From: Chrysemys picta bellii
Taxonomy: Eukaryota
Length of the DNA stretch: 64,000 nt
NCBI RefSeq assembly: GCF_011386835.1
Contig: NC_088811.1
Location: 18,848,001 to 18,912,000, forward strand
Direction of reading: 5' to 3'
Positions 35,911 through 49,345 of this stretch are shown here, in pieces. The notes under the pieces were generated by a model. That model made no database searches and was not told the origin of the DNA. It saw only the letters and a list, made by a program, of their open reading frames with translations. Numbering within the stretch: position 1 is the first letter of the stretch; every line of letters begins with the position of its first letter. A program made the translations under genes and the position numbers.

Positions 35911-36598
35911 CACATCAGTATCAATTTTACCCGTCCCTCTGCCGTCGCAGCCCCGTAAAGTGTTTAGTATTTGATGATTCCAAACAGGAATCAAATCCAC
36001 TCAAATCCATGGGCCTGGCTGCTTTTCCAGTGACCAGCTCTTATGAGCGCTCCTGCTGCCTTTATCGCAAGGACTTTATTAAAGGACTGGCCAGCAAGGG
36101 CACAGGGCATCACACACACTGGCCATGGTATGCAACATTTGCTATTTACCACTGGGTCTGCCCCGTCACATGCATTTCCCCTGTAGACAGATTTATTTCA
36201 GTAGTAACAACCAACAGTGTGAACACAAGAGTTCGCCATGTCAGCCATGAGGCCGAGGGGAGCATCCTTATATTTGCAATTTTGGAAGCTCATGTTCTTG
36301 CTAAAACGTACACCCCTGCGGTGGGCATTTCTGGGTAGACGTCATACCTGCAGCTAATGGCATGGCTGCCTTCTCAGCTTAGCAAGATGCAATCCTTCCT
36401 CTCCCACAAACCACTCCAGCCATGATGCTGGGCTGCAGGAGGAGACATCAGGCTGGCGACAACAGTCATTCCCATTAGGCTTAGACGGTTTGTCTTTCAA
36501 AGCGGATATGGGAATGCAAACGATCACTCCAAAGGGAGAGCAGCTTTGAAATACAGGATTGTTTAGTTTAGAGTCGTTCCTGCAACAGCCTCCTAAAC

Positions 36599-37453
36599 CA
36601 ATGGCTCTCAACCTTTCCTGACCACTAACGGCCAATGGGAGCAGCTGGAGGCGGTGCCTGAAGCAACAGCCACACACCCCTGCGCCCCTCCTCCCCCAGG
36701 TTCCGTCCGCTTCCCGGAGCGGTGCAGGGGCAGGGCAGGCAGGCAGCCTGCCCTGTCCCCAGTGCGCGTTGGGCCGGAGCCCGCCCCCTGAACTCCCTCC
36801 TGCAGCCGAACCCCCTGTCCTGAGCCCCCTGCCGCACCTCGCACCCCTCCTGCACCCCAACCCCACACCCTGCCCTGAACCCCTTGCTGCACCCCGACCA
36901 CCTGCCCTGAACCCCCCCCGCTGCACCTCGCACGCCGACCCCCTGCCCTGAGCCCCCGCTGCACCCTGCACCCTGACCCACTGCCCTGAGCCCCCTGCCG
37001 TACCTCACACCCCTCCTGCACCCCAACCCCACCCCCCTGCCCTGAACCCCCTGCTGCACCCCGGCCCCCTGCCCTGAACCCCCCCCTGCTGCACCTCGCA
37101 CGCCGACCCCCTGCCCTGAGCCCCCGCTGCACCCTGTACCCTAACCCACTGCCCTGAGCCCCTGCTGCACCCTGACCCCGTGCCACACCCCTCACCCCTC
37201 CTGTACCCCACATCCCAACTCCCTGCCCTGAGCCCCCGCCACACCCCTCCTGCCCCCCCTGGGGGCAGGGAAGGGGCAGAGTTGGGATGGGGATTTCAGG
37301 GAAGGTTGGAAGAGCGGGGCGGGGCCTCATGGAAGGGGTAGAGTGGGGGCGGGGCCAAGGGCAGCGGGGGGAGAGGTGTCAGTAAATGAGGCCCTCGGGC
37401 CAATGTACTACTCCTCATGTGGCCCTCGTGGTCATTTGAGTTTGAAACCCCTG
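36599..37453. mobile_element. hAT (Charlie-like) non-autonomous element with internal C-rich tandem duplication
   Basis: Ends CAATGGCTCTCAACC and TTTGAAACCCCTG. A block of about 165 bp at about 36835 is repeated at about 37003. TSD weak (5/8). Confidence 0.7.
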
Positions 37454-37769
37454 CTCTACACTGAGTAACCAGGTAAATAAGAGCCATCCCAGCAGCAAAC
37501 CCGCCCAGCACTGACTGCTCAGGGGAGTGCGTTTCACAGATTAAACCAGAACACTAAATAATTGGAAATTGTTCTCTCTGATGCATTTCCCCTGCAGGCA
37601 CATTTACTTCAATAGTAACAAATAACAGTGTGAAATCAAGCTTGAGTGGAATCCATTGCACAATTTAGCCACATATACAAGGACACCGAGCCGGGGGAAA
37701 AAGCAGGATCAGCTCTGTCCACTCATGGAGCAGGATACAGGGGGTCAAGACCGAGCTCATGTCAGTAAC

Positions 37770-39235
37770 CTATATACTGAACTTGGGGCGACAACAGGGC
37801 TAGTGTCCCAAAACTGAGGAAAATTATGAGCGAAATTTAGAAAGATGTGAATGAAAATTGGGAGTGCTTTAAGAAGAGTTTATTAGAGGGCCAAAAAGCC
37901 ACGATTCCACAATCAAAACAAGATGACAACTTTGGATAAAAGCCCATCCTGGATCAGTGTGAAATGAAGGCAGCAATTAGAAACAAATAAGCAATATATA
38001 ACAAATGGTGGAAAAGGGGTAATGATACAAATTAGGAGTTATGAAGTGCTGAAAATTGATAAGGGAAGCTAAAGGCATGGGGAAAAATAAGGGAAGAGCT
38101 AAGGACTATAAGCAAGAGTTTAAGTATATTAGGAAAAAAAAATCCCAGCAATGCTATAGAGCTGTTACTAGATGGAGATGGTAAAATTGTTAATAATGAT
38201 GCAGCAGCAGTCAATAAATATTTCTGTTCTGTACTCGGAAAGAAGCAGGATGATGGACTTGTACTGTAAAGTATTTCATCATCCTCATGTGGTACATTAA
38301 TAACTGAGGAGGATGCTAGATGATACAGATTTTTAAAATCATCAGGCCTGGGTTACTTGCACTGAGGAGTCCTAAAAAGCTGGCTAAGGAGATCTCTGGT
38401 ATGCAGATAACTTTTCATACATCTTGGAATACCAGGGAAATTCCAGAAGACTGATAAAGTGCTAATGCAGTACTGTGCCAACAGACAAAAAGGGCAAGCG
38501 GAATGACCCATTAACTATAGGCTTGTTAGCCTGACATCTGTCCTAGGCAAAATAATGGAAATGCTGATACAGGATTCAACTCATAGCAAATTGAAGGACA
38601 GGAATGTAATTAATGCCAGTCAACAAGGCTTTACAGAAAATAGGTCTTCTCAAACATAGCTGGTTTCATTCTTTTATGAGATTAAAAGTTTGGTTGATCA
38701 AAGGTTACTACTTAGGGCTTTGTGAAGCCTTTTGAGTTAGTACCATACAACATTCTGATTAAATAATGAGCTCTACTCAATATCAATAGAGAACTGACTA
38801 ACTGACAGATCACAAGAAATAGTTGTCAATGGGGAGTCATCATTGCGGTGTTTCTAACGGGGTTCTGCAGGTACCTAGGGTACCTGATGCTCTTCAACGA
38901 TCTGGAAGTAAATATGCAATCATTGCTGATAAAAATCCGTGGACGAAGATTGGTGTAGTGGTGAATAATGATATGGGCAGGGCAGCCTTCTAGAGTGAAC
39001 GGATTTGCTCGGTAACTGGGGCCATTGAAACAAAATGTAATTTAAGACAACCAAATGCAAAGTTACATATCTAGGAATAGAGAATACAGGCCATCCCGAC
39101 AGACTGGGGAACTATACCCTGGAAAGCAGCGACTCTGAAAAGGATTTAGCAGTTACAGTGGACAAGCATTGACCGTGATCTCTCAGTGCGATGCTGTGGC
39201 AAGAAGCGCCGGTGTGATTCTTGGATGTATAGAAC
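37770..39235 (+). mobile_element. Degenerate CR1 ORF2 segment
   Basis: NYRLVSLTSVLGKIME, FDLVP.NILI and TTKCKVTYLG motifs with many stops and frameshifts. Confidence 0.9.
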
Positions 39236-39889
39236 TCTTCATTAGGGGTGTACAGTTCCTACCAAAATGGGGGCAACTGGGGCCTCTAGGGGCTACTACA
39301 AATATTTAATAATAATAATAGGGCTATAGAAATATGACAGAGTGGAGCGAATACTGAGACAAATAGACTGATCATTCTTCACTGGAGAAGAAGATTGGTC
39401 TTGTGGTTTATGAACTTGAATTTCAAATACTTACAACAGTCTCCACACTAACAAGCTACAAACCAAGAATAATTTGCTGACATTATATGATGCATAACTT
39501 TGAATAATGCTGACATTTTTTAAACCACCTAGAGGATCTGGACAACGGGTTCCCATTAAAACTAAATTTGGAACGAGGTGTCCAAATCCCCTTTATCCGG
39601 TGAAACAAGCACCCTAATTCAAGAAAATTGCAATCTGTTTTTGGTCTATTCTCATGAGAGGAAAAGAAAACTTCTGCAGGTAAACAGTTTGTCCCAACCT
39701 ACCCCAGAATTATGTGCAAGGTGCAACACCGCAGAAGGGGGGGAAATAGCTAGGAGAAATGGGACTGAAATTCAATAAAGGAAAATGTAGAATGCATATT
39801 AAGAAAGATATCCTAGCAATTAGATCTACCAGACCATGGCACGGGCTCCAAAAAGAGGAGATATTTGAACTAGACAATGGTCTAGTCCA

Positions 39890-41240
39890 TTAATAGATGG
39901 AAATAGTAGAATTGCCAATAATAATGCAGAAAGGCTGAATAATTCAATACATATTTTGTATTTGGGGAAGAATAAAACAGATGATGTAGTCATACATACA
40001 ATGATGAAAAATTTTCCATTCCAATAGTATCTCTGGAGGATGTTAACAACAGCTACTAAACCTAGACATTTTTAAACCCTCGGGTCCGGATAACTTGCAT
40101 CCAAGATTTTGAAAAAGCTGGCCAAGGTACTCTCTAAAGTAGACCATTAATGGGATTTCAATAACTCTTGGAACACTGAAGAAGTTCCAGAAGAAAACTA
40201 ATGTTCTGCTAATATTTAAGTTGGGTAAATGGGACACCTGGATAATAATAGGCCTATCATCCTGACATGGATCCTGGGCAAAGTAATGGATCAGATGATA
40301 CAAGACTCGATTAATAAACAATTAAAGATTAGTCTGAATAATGCCAGTCAACAAGGGTTTATGGAAAGTAGATCCTATGCTATCAAACTAACTTGAGATA
40401 CTTTTTGATGAGATTACAAGTTTGGCTGATTAAGAGAACAGTGTTGATGTAACATACTAGACACCTGTAAGGCATTTGACTTTGTACCACACAAGACAAA
40501 CTGATTGTACTGAGATAAGGTGGCCAAGTGGCTAAGCAATGGACTGCTAATTCATTGTGCTCCGCGCTTGTGGGTTCGAATTCCATTTTCATCGATTCTT
40601 CGTCTTTGGACTCAACAGAGGGGTACACAGGTGAAATTGAATAGCCTCTGATATACAGTACATCAGACTCCATCATTTCTGGCCTTAAAATGTGTGAAAC
40701 AACATTCTGATTAAAAATTAAAACAATACAAAATTAACACAGCATGCACTAACTGGCTAACAGGTCTCAAAATGTATCCATCAAGGGGTAATCATAATTG
40801 AACGGGTATATTTCTTCTGGGGTCCCACGGGGATCAGTTCTTGGCCCAATGCTAGTTAATATTTTTTATCAATGACCTGGAAAAACCACCACATCACTGA
40901 TAAAATTTGCAGATGACAGAAAGTTTGGGGGAATAGTAAAAATGGAAAGGACAGGTCACTGGTACAGAGTGATCTAGATCACTTGGTAAGTTGGGCACAA
41001 GCAAACAATATGCATTTTAAAAACAGCCAAATGTAAAGTCATACTTCTAGGAACAAATAACGTAGGCCATGCTTACAGAAGGGGTCACTCCGCGAAGGAG
41101 TGACTGCAAAATATATATATTGATAGATAGAGATCATGGTGAATAATCAGCTGAACTTTGAACTCCCAGCTCATGGGATCCTTGGATGTACACATGGGAA
41201 TCTCAAGTAGGAGTAGGGAGGTAATCTCTCTGCATTTGGC
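39890..41240 (+). mobile_element. Degenerate CR1 ORF2 segment
   Basis: GPDNLHPR, NNRPIILTWILGKVM, GVP.GSVLGP..VNIFINDL and KFADD motifs; interrupted at 40495-40698. Confidence 0.9.
40514..40594 (+). pseudogene. tRNA-Ser(GCT) pseudogene
   Basis: GATAAGGTGGCCAAGTGGCTAAG-CAATGGACTGCTAATTCATTGTGCTCCGCGCTTGTGGGTTCGAATTCCATTTTCATCG follows the vertebrate tRNA-Ser(GCT) layout with a long variable arm. CpG-type transitions disrupt the acceptor stem, and there is no CCA. Confidence 0.85.
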
Positions 41241-41349
41241 ACCAGTACATCAGGGCGCTTGGACCCAGGTCGACTCAATTCTTGGGAAGCAGTCTTAGCT
41301 GCCGCACCACACCAACTCACTGAGTTACCAGGGAATTCAGAGAGTTGGG

Positions 41350-41628
41350 TGGCCCAGCTTCAAGGCACTTCACTCTAGCACAGAAAGGTCTAACACAATC
41401 CAATGGCTGGAAGCTAACGCTAGAGAAATTCAGACTGGAAATAAAGTGTAAATTTTTAACAGGGAGGGTTAATGAACCATTTGAACAACTGATCCAGGGT
41501 TGTGGTGGGTTGTCTGGCACCAGCAAGTTAAGTCAAGATTGGATGTTTTTTCCTAAAATATGTGCTCTAGTACAAGCTGGACTTTGGGGAAGTTATGGCC
41601 TGTGTTATGCAGGAGTCAGACTACATAG
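41350..41628 (+). mobile_element. Old CR1 3' end, split by a younger CR1 (tail resumes at about 42247-42280)
   Basis: CCAATGGCTGGAAGCTAA..AAATTCAGACTGGAAATAA..GGAGTCAGACTA, then ATGATTACAGTGGTCCCCTTCTGGC after the insertion. Confidence 0.8.
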
Positions 41629-42246
41629 ACTCATAGAATATCAGGGTTGGAAGGGACCTCAGGAGGTATCTAGTCCAACCCGCTGCTCAAAGCAGGACCA
41701 ACCCCAATTAAATCATCCCAGCCAGGGCTTTTCAAGCCAGGCCTTAAAAACCTCTAAGGATGGCGATTCCACCACCTCCCTAGATAACCCATTCCAGTGC
41801 TTCACCACCCTCCTAGTGAAATAGTGTTTCCTAATATCCAACCTAAACCTCCCCCACTGCAACTTGAGACCATTACTCCTTGTTCTGTCATCTGGTACCA
41901 CTGAGAACAGCCGAGCTCCATCCTCTTTGGAACCCCCCTTCAGGTAGTTGAAGGCTGCTATCAAATCCCCCCTCATTCTTCTCTTCTGGAGACTAAACCC
42001 CAGTTCCCTCAGCTTCTCCTCGTAGTCATATGCCCCAGCCCCCTGATCATTTTTGTTGCCCTCCACTGGACTCTCTCCAATTTGTCCACATCCTTTCTGT
42101 AGTGAAGGGCCCAAAACTGGGCACAATACTCCAGATGTGGCCTCGCCAGTGCCACAGAGGGGGAATAAGCACTTCCCTCGATCTGTTGGCAACGCTCCTA
42201 CTAATACAGCCCTATATGCTGTTAGCCTTCTTGGCAACAAGGGCAC
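41629..42246 (-). mobile_element. Younger 5'-truncated CR1
   Basis: ORF 41713-42246 (-): [50 protein letters not shown]; tail CATAGACTCATAGAATATCAGGGTTGGAAGGGACCTC. Confidence 0.95.
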
Positions 42247-44685
42247 ATGATTACAGTGGTCCCCTTCTGGCTTTATAAGCTTTGTCCAGTCATAGAACTA
42301 GAAAATATTCTGTCCTACAGAGATTAGCTCTGGAGACCAGTTAAATGGAACCTAATGCACATTTTCCACCTAAGAAACAAGGAGAAAAGTACAAACACGA
42401 GCCAAATAGAAACTCAAAACAAGCAAAACATCATTATCAACCCGAAGTAGATGAGAAACCTAAATCGTTACCCTCTCCCATCACAGCCACCTGCCCTGGT
42501 TAATAATGAATAGACAGGTTCCCATCTGACAGCTGTCCACTGATATACTGTATATAAAACAACTGGATGGTTTCAACCTCTTTCCAAATTGGCAGGTTGC
42601 CCTCACAACTGGTGCCCTTGAAGCAGTGCGGCACATGGGGGGGGGGGGGTATGAGGATCAGATTGTGAATGTCGTTTGGTTTTCAGGGCACCATTTTGTA
42701 TTCCAGCTTTCATGGGGGAGCACGATCCATGTTGTATTGCAACCTCCACTGTGGATCAGAGCATCCAGCTCATAGTCGGGGCTGGACGTCTTGGCGACAG
42801 ACTGTCTGATACATTGGCACAAAGCAATCTCGGGCAACCCTGCTCAACCCTCTGGGTATGTACTCGGGCAGCTACCTTTGGAGGCACTGCCCGTGCTGCC
42901 ACAGTTAACCGTCTACCTGCGCAGAGGTTTACATCTCCCAGCTGCGGTGCAGACACGCCCTGAATGCCTCTCAGCTACCAGCCCATCACAACAAGGTGAC
43001 TCCCTACCCAGAAGCAGATGCGGGAGGACGGCGGAGCTCAGACGTTGCCCTGCTGAAGCACATGGACAAAAGGGGGATAGAGGCTGCCTGGCCTTAGGAC
43101 AGAGGCTAAACCCAGGACTCACAATAGGCACGAGACCTCCCTGTGGGGACTGCATTCAGCGCTGTGTGTTATTTTTCAAACAGCTGTAATTCTAGTGCGC
43201 TTTGCTCAGAGTAAAGTGTCTCTGGATACGAAATTCCTTGGCTAAGCCGGTGTTCCTTGTTGGCCTGACACGTTGCCCCTGCAAAGGAACTCAGAGTGCC
43301 CACAGTGAGGTCTGAGGGAGCATGTTCAGACAACCGAGGGGAGACTACGGCAGTGGCTCGGAGGTCTAAGGCAGCCAGACTGCAGGGTCCCACTGCCCAA
43401 GAAGGGTATCAGACACGGGGCCTGCACCTGGAAGTGCACCAGAGACCCCAAGCAGGGGTCATAATCCAGCCCCCAGGAACTTAGCAGGATATGGGATCCA
43501 GCAGATGGGCCCACTCACAACAGACTGGTGCCAGTCCAGAGAGGGGGACTGGGCTGGGCTGTGACTAGGAATCTCGGCAGAGGCTGACAAGGGAATGTGA
43601 GGTGTGTTAGCAGAACAGGAGGACAGGGCAATATGCACTGTGACTCCCAGCACTGCCCCAGTCCTGAGGTCAAACAAGAGACTCCAAAACTCTCACTCCA
43701 GCACCTTTCACAAGCTGTAAATTCATAGTTAAGAATCCCTTCGAAATGGAGACAAAGCAGCTGCTGTTGTCAGTGTCTCTGAGCTTTGCTGCTGGAGCCG
43801 CTTACCCCCTGCCCTCCCCAGCCAGCTCTCCTGACATTCAACACCGTCTCCCCCAAGCCAGCCCGCAGTTGGGTTCCCTCTGCTAATCCACGAAAAATGC
43901 CATCCTTTGGGGATCACTTTAAAGTGGAGCATCCCCTTCCCCCTCAAGACTTAGTCAAAGCAAACACCAGCTCCATTAAGGGCAAAGGACCTCACAGCCA
44001 ACAGAGGAATTCTTGGGCTTGATGGACTGTTTATAGAGTCTTTTATAGGGAGGATGGGTAACCTAATCCCAACTACAACATTTTTTATGCTACTCTCGGA
44101 GAGTTCAGCTGTGATTAAGTTGTTGGCAAAGTCCCATGGCACATAAAACGTGGAGTCCAGCGAATTTCAACCCCATCGGAGAGCCCTGAGAATAGCAGCG
44201 GTGTAACGACTCCAGCAGGATCAGCCAGATCAGTGACATGTCTGCGCTTACAGCGGGACCCGCTGTAGGCGTTGGTTAGTGGCACCAGTTGGGAGGCTGC
44301 TAGAAGTCCGTACGTGAGACACGCTGGAAGGCAGCCTCCTGGTAACCGAGTTGCATACGTTTAGTGCTTTTCATCCACAAACCACAGGGATCACTGCTCC
44401 AACCCCTTGAGAGCAGCCACCTCTGGGGTGAGCCACGGCAGCTGCTTAACAGCCTGCAGCAACAAGTGCAGAATCCTGTATCTACCTGGAATGGCAGAGG
44501 GGTTTGGGTAATGTAGAGAGAAGGAAGCTACCGGAGCTGGAATTCAATAGGCAGGTATACACCACTGCTCTTACAGAAAGTGCTACAGGAACTTTAATGG
44601 CCACAGAGCCTCAATCTCTCGTCTCATTCAAAACACAGCACCTCCAGCCACATAGAAGAGGGGTAGGGGGTGCTAAGGCATAGAG

Positions 44686-45248
44686 CAGAGCTGATCAAAA
44701 ATAGGAATTTCTGTCTCATGGAAAATTCCAATATTTAGACATAAGTTTTCATGGCAAGTCTGGACAAAGGGCAACATATTGAAACTTTTCACAGAATGAC
44801 ACGTTCCAAAAAAATTCCATTTGGAAAGGTCAGAAAGTTTAGTGTCGAACAGACTTAAAAATTAAACAGAGTCTACGTGACCTGCCGTGGTATCGCTTGG
44901 GAGTCGTCGTTTGAGTGCCTCCTGCTCCCGTTCTCCCTGATAAGCTGGGCTCCCTGGCTGAACTACATGTCCCATGATGCGTCATGGCACCTCGTCGAAA
45001 ACGAAGCATGTAGTGCATCATGGGAGATGAAGTCCAGCCAAGGAGCCTGACTCCTAGAGGAGAATGGGAGCAGGAGGTACCCAAACTAACTCCATACCAA
45101 AAGTTTCAATTCAGAATGACCTGCCCCGACTAAAGTCTTTTGATTTGATTTGCCAGAGGGAGAATTGAAGCATTTGGGGAAATCATTCCGTGGAAGCCGT
45201 ATGTCCCTTCACAGCCACATTCAGACAGAAAGTTCCCGCCCAGCTCTA
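44686..45248. mobile_element. Palindromic non-autonomous DNA transposon (hAT-like)
   Basis: Ends CAGAGCTGATC and CCAGCTCTA; long central inverted repeat at about 44906-45094. Confidence 0.65.
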
Positions 45249-45671
45249 GCACACCCTCGGATAGAGGGGCACCAGTCACTGATTCGCCAGCCCCCCTCCA
45301 GGGCTCCTCGATGCGACTTCACCCATAGACGTACGGACCCAGCATGGCCCTGCTTAGCTTCTAATAGCTGAAAGGCCCAAGTGTATTGATCTGTTTCCTT
45401 CCTACATGCTCCACGTTACACAGCTGGAAGCTCTTTCTAAAAGGATCTCTAAAGAGCACTGGGACACCAGGGTTGCAACGGCCCTAACGGCTGGCCGTCA
45501 GTAACGTACGGAGCAGGGCTGTTTGAAAACAAACATTTCATGCAACCAGGAGACCTTACAACAGCCACGTCCGGTCTCTTAGCAGCACGTGAGCCTGCCC
45601 GGCCTGCGGCAGAACACGTCCATCACAAATGGACTCCTATGCTATAGAAACGTCATTGTAAAGCTCTAACG

Positions 45672-45875
45672 CAGTGCGTCTCTAACTGTTTTTACTGATG
45701 ACCCCTTTCACATCGCAAACCTCTGAGGGCGACCCCCACCCAAGACATTAAACACCCTTTTTAATATATTTAACACCATTATAAATGCTGGAGGCAAGCA
45801 GGGTTTGGGGTGGAGGTTGACAGCTCGCGACCCCCCCATGTAATGACCTCGCAACCCCCAGTTTGAGAACCCCTG
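45672..45875. mobile_element. hAT (Charlie-like) MITE
   Basis: Ends CAGTGCGTCTC and GAGAACCCCTG; TSD CTCTAACG / CGCTAACT (6/8). Confidence 0.75.
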
Positions 45876-48048
45876 CGCTAACTCACTAGATATCATGGCA
45901 AGGAGTGCAGTATCGGAACCAAGGCAGAGGAGAACCAACATCCTCATCAGACGCTCACACGACACCTGAACCGCAGTTCTTCCTCTGCATCACAGCCATC
46001 GTGACACATGCGGGCATCCCAGGCCTAAGCAGCCACAGAAGGTGTGTTCTCTCTCACGCGCGCGCACACACAGCATAGCTGGACTCTGGGTTGTGCGCAT
46101 GATGAAACTTTGCCAACAATTTACTACAGCTGAATCTGGGCCATGCAAAATCCTGCCGCGTGCTCCAGCCTCACATGGGAGAAAAGGATGTAGACTCAGG
46201 AGAGTGTTCAGATTCTCCTAGAACTTGTGCAGGGGCCAGATTCAGATTAACATTCATGCAGTTTGCTCTGCCCTCCTGTCAGACAGATGTAGGAATCCAG
46301 ACACTTTATTGGGATCTGCATGTGCACTGTCAAGACACTGAACCCCTAGGCTCAGTGTGTGTGAAAATCAATGTTTGGACTAAAAACTTACTAATAAATT
46401 TGACCCTGTGGCTAGATATGAAAGATGACAAGGAACCATCTATGAGCTACAAAGTGCTGCATTACTGCTCAGAGGATACAACTCAGACAAGAACCTGCCG
46501 TTCAGTCCTGCCAAAGATACGGTGGTGAGGAGCTGGAATATCTAGTGACAGATATTAGAGGGGCGGGGGGGTATGGGATGGGAAGAGCGTGGGCACTAGA
46601 AGATTAGATAGACAATCAACTTTTAAAAGGAAGATTGTAAATGAAGACAGACATTTTCTGCTCAGCTCAGCGCCTAGGGCCTTTATTCCTGATGCACCAC
46701 ACTGAGGAGCAGATACTGTATCTTTCTGTCTAGACCAGCTCTGGGACCCTTAGGGACCTCCTCGGACTCTGCTGACAGTGCTCCTCAGAGACACGAGCTA
46801 CGGCCATGGATTTTGCAGGATAGACAGTATCCAAGGATTTGAATCCAGCCTCATATTGCCTAGGTGTGGTGTCCTGTGGGGACGGGTCGTGGGTGAGGAC
46901 ACAGCTCCGACGACAGACACTGCGAGGTGGAGAACGAACCCCAGGCAGGCACTGCGGTCTGAGCTCTGGGATGCAAGGCACGATACAGGGCTCGGATTGC
47001 TTTGCAGACAGAGGGAGCTACTCACGTGAGGTCTCTGGGAAAGTGCCAGAGGTCTGAGCAGGGTTCAGCATCCCCAGCTGCGGACAGGTGGGTCCTGCCA
47101 GCGGATGGGACAGCTCACTGGTCTCCTCCTCAAAGTAAAGCCTCAGATGAGGCTTCCCAAGCAGTACATTTAACCATCTGAACCAGCTTCTCATAGGGAA
47201 TGAGGAGCTGCACCGGCTCAGTGAGGACGCTTACTGAGTCTTCGACTTTTTAGAACTCTCCGTCTGATGGTGAGCTCCCCGGGGCATGGCCTGTCTTTAC
47301 AAGGTGTGTCTCTGCCGTGCCCAGCCCAGCCCAGCCGCACCCTGATCCCGGCTTGGTGCCGCTAGCCGCTCCTGCAGTACAACGATGCATCATAACCCTG
47401 ACAGCGCTGCATGCTGCTAGAGGGGGCCTGATCTGCTGGAGAAGAATCTGAAGAAAGAAAAATTAACAAGATCTACATCTCCGTCTGCTTCTGCTTCTTC
47501 TACTAGACCAGCCCAGACCCTGGCGACCTCCCAAACGCAGGTCAAAATACAGGGCCAGATTCTCAAGAGCTCAGTGCCCATTTAGGCACCTAAATGCCAG
47601 GGCATGGTTTGTGCTCAATGATGTCTTGCAGCATCCTTCTTCCAGAGACCCAATGGGTTGCTATCCCAGCCAGAGGGCCAGTGACGGCATGCGCACCTTT
47701 TAATTCTCACCTCGGGTTTGCCTTTCTTTAGATGTGTTGCCCAAAGCTGACTACAGAGCAACAGCCAAGGCCTCACCCAGTGGAAGAGATTAAACACCCA
47801 CCTCTGTGAATTTACGTAAGGGTGGGACCCTGCCAGAGCTCACAGGGATCCTCTCTCTCTCTCTCGGTCTCTAATTCTGCTTTTTCCCCAAATTTCAGTT
47901 TAGAAAACACTGGGACAAATCCATCTCTGGCACTGCTCTGTGGACTCTGGGCAGGGAGGAGTATCTGAGATGCTATGGGCTGGCCTTCACCCCATGTCTC
48001 CTCAGACATGCCTGTTCTCTGCCTGTGTTTTATAGTCATGTAATCCAC

Positions 48049-48230
48049 TAGTCTTAATAATCAGTCATTGCTAGTAACTTAACAGTCTTTATTAGATAGG
48101 TAGTTAACACAGAAACAGAGTATCTGAACTCCAGCCTGTCAGTCTAACTTAAAACCAGCTGCCTCCTTCTACTGTCAGCTCAGAATCCTGGAGATCCTAT
48201 TCAGTCTCTTAAAGCCACAATAATACCACA
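48049..48230 (-). repeat. 3' LTR (about 180 bp)
   Basis: Begins TGTGGTATTA on - right after the PPT; aligns with 53606-53760 plus 54178-54222. Confidence 0.75.
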
Positions 48231-48441
48231 TCGCCTTTCTTGTAATTTTTTTTCAGCATTTTCTGTACGTATAAATGCATATAATTCTGATTTTATCTTA
48301 ACAGCTTCATATAAGTCTTTTAACAGGTCTCCTTGGATGCAATGACAGTCTAACTTCTATATTTGCCATATTAATGAAGTTCTCTTATTACTTAGAGGAC
48401 GGATGTCATGTTCTTGCTATATCATTTCTTCTTTCAGCTGA

Positions 48442-48693
48442 GGCCTGGTCTTGCACTACAGAATTAGGTCAGTTTAATTACCTTGGTCAGGGGTGTGTTA
48501 AGCTGACCTAAGTTCCTGTGTAGACTGTGCTAGGTCAGTGAAGAATTCTTCTGTCAGCCTAGCTACCAGCTCTTGGAAAGGTGAATTACCAAGGCTGATG
48601 AGAGAACCGCTCCTATCAGCATAGGTAGCATCTACACTGAAGAGATACGGCAGCCCACCTGTGCCAATGTAGCATTTTAAGGGAGACAAGCCC
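48442..48693. mobile_element. Non-autonomous Harbinger MITE inside the provirus
   Basis: Ends GGCCTGGTCTTGCACTAC and AGACAAGCCC; internal GTGTAGAC and ATCTACACTG; flanks TGA / AGA. Confidence 0.75.
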
Positions 48694-48699
48694 AGAGTC

Positions 48700-49345
48700 T
48701 GGTCTTGCAGGTAACAACTGCAAATGCCTCTGATTTCAGCTGTCCACTTGACTATTACTAGTCATGACATCATAAGACTGAGGTGTTACCTCCTTTGCTA
48801 CAGTAGCTTTCCGAGCCCAACTTCTCCCATGACAGACACGTACTCGATCATTCCGTTTCAAATCAAGTCGTTTATTCTATCATAATTATTTTAATACAAA
48901 CTCAACTGATATTGATACTTATTCCTTTCCTTATATCCTCCTGGGGGGCGGGGGGGGATACATTCGTTATCTGTTTCTAAGCTTTCTGTTAAATAAACTG
49001 TGCAGATGATAAACCTTGTGGTAACGGCGATATTCTGTAATTTAATAATGCCAAATATAAACCAGAATGCACTTCTTCAGCTTCTGTTAGTAATCTTTTT
49101 ACTATTTTAACACCATTTTCAACCTGTCCATTAGATTGAGGATAAACCTGGACTTGATGCAATGTTTGAAATCATACACACTCTGGCAAAAACTTTTAAA
49201 CTCTTGACTATGTAATTGAGGTCCATCCTCAGTAATTGCTGTGTTGGGAATGCAATGCCTCGCAAAAACTAATTTAATTTTATAAATTGATTGGCATATG
49301 TGTTTTATAGTATAGATATTTCTGGAAAAAATAATCAAGAACTAG
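48700..49345 (-). pseudogene. Gypsy integrase core and C-terminus remnant
   Basis: LVLDYFSR..VFARHCIP..EDGPQ..SQEFK.FC..YDFKH, NGQVENGVK, LALLNYRISP, DRVRV..GRSWARKATVAKEVTPQSYDV. Confidence 0.85.

Noticed and set aside
36349-36545. Minus-strand exon-like segment with CAG|GTATGA donor
   Set aside because: All three frames contain stops. It could only be non-coding, and there is no other support.
42700-43700. Possible ancient LINE remnant (PVQRGGLG motif near 43520)
   Set aside because: A single short motif is too little to name a family.
46730-47057. Cluster of overlapping ORFs on both strands
   Set aside because: No recognisable domain or consistent exon boundaries.
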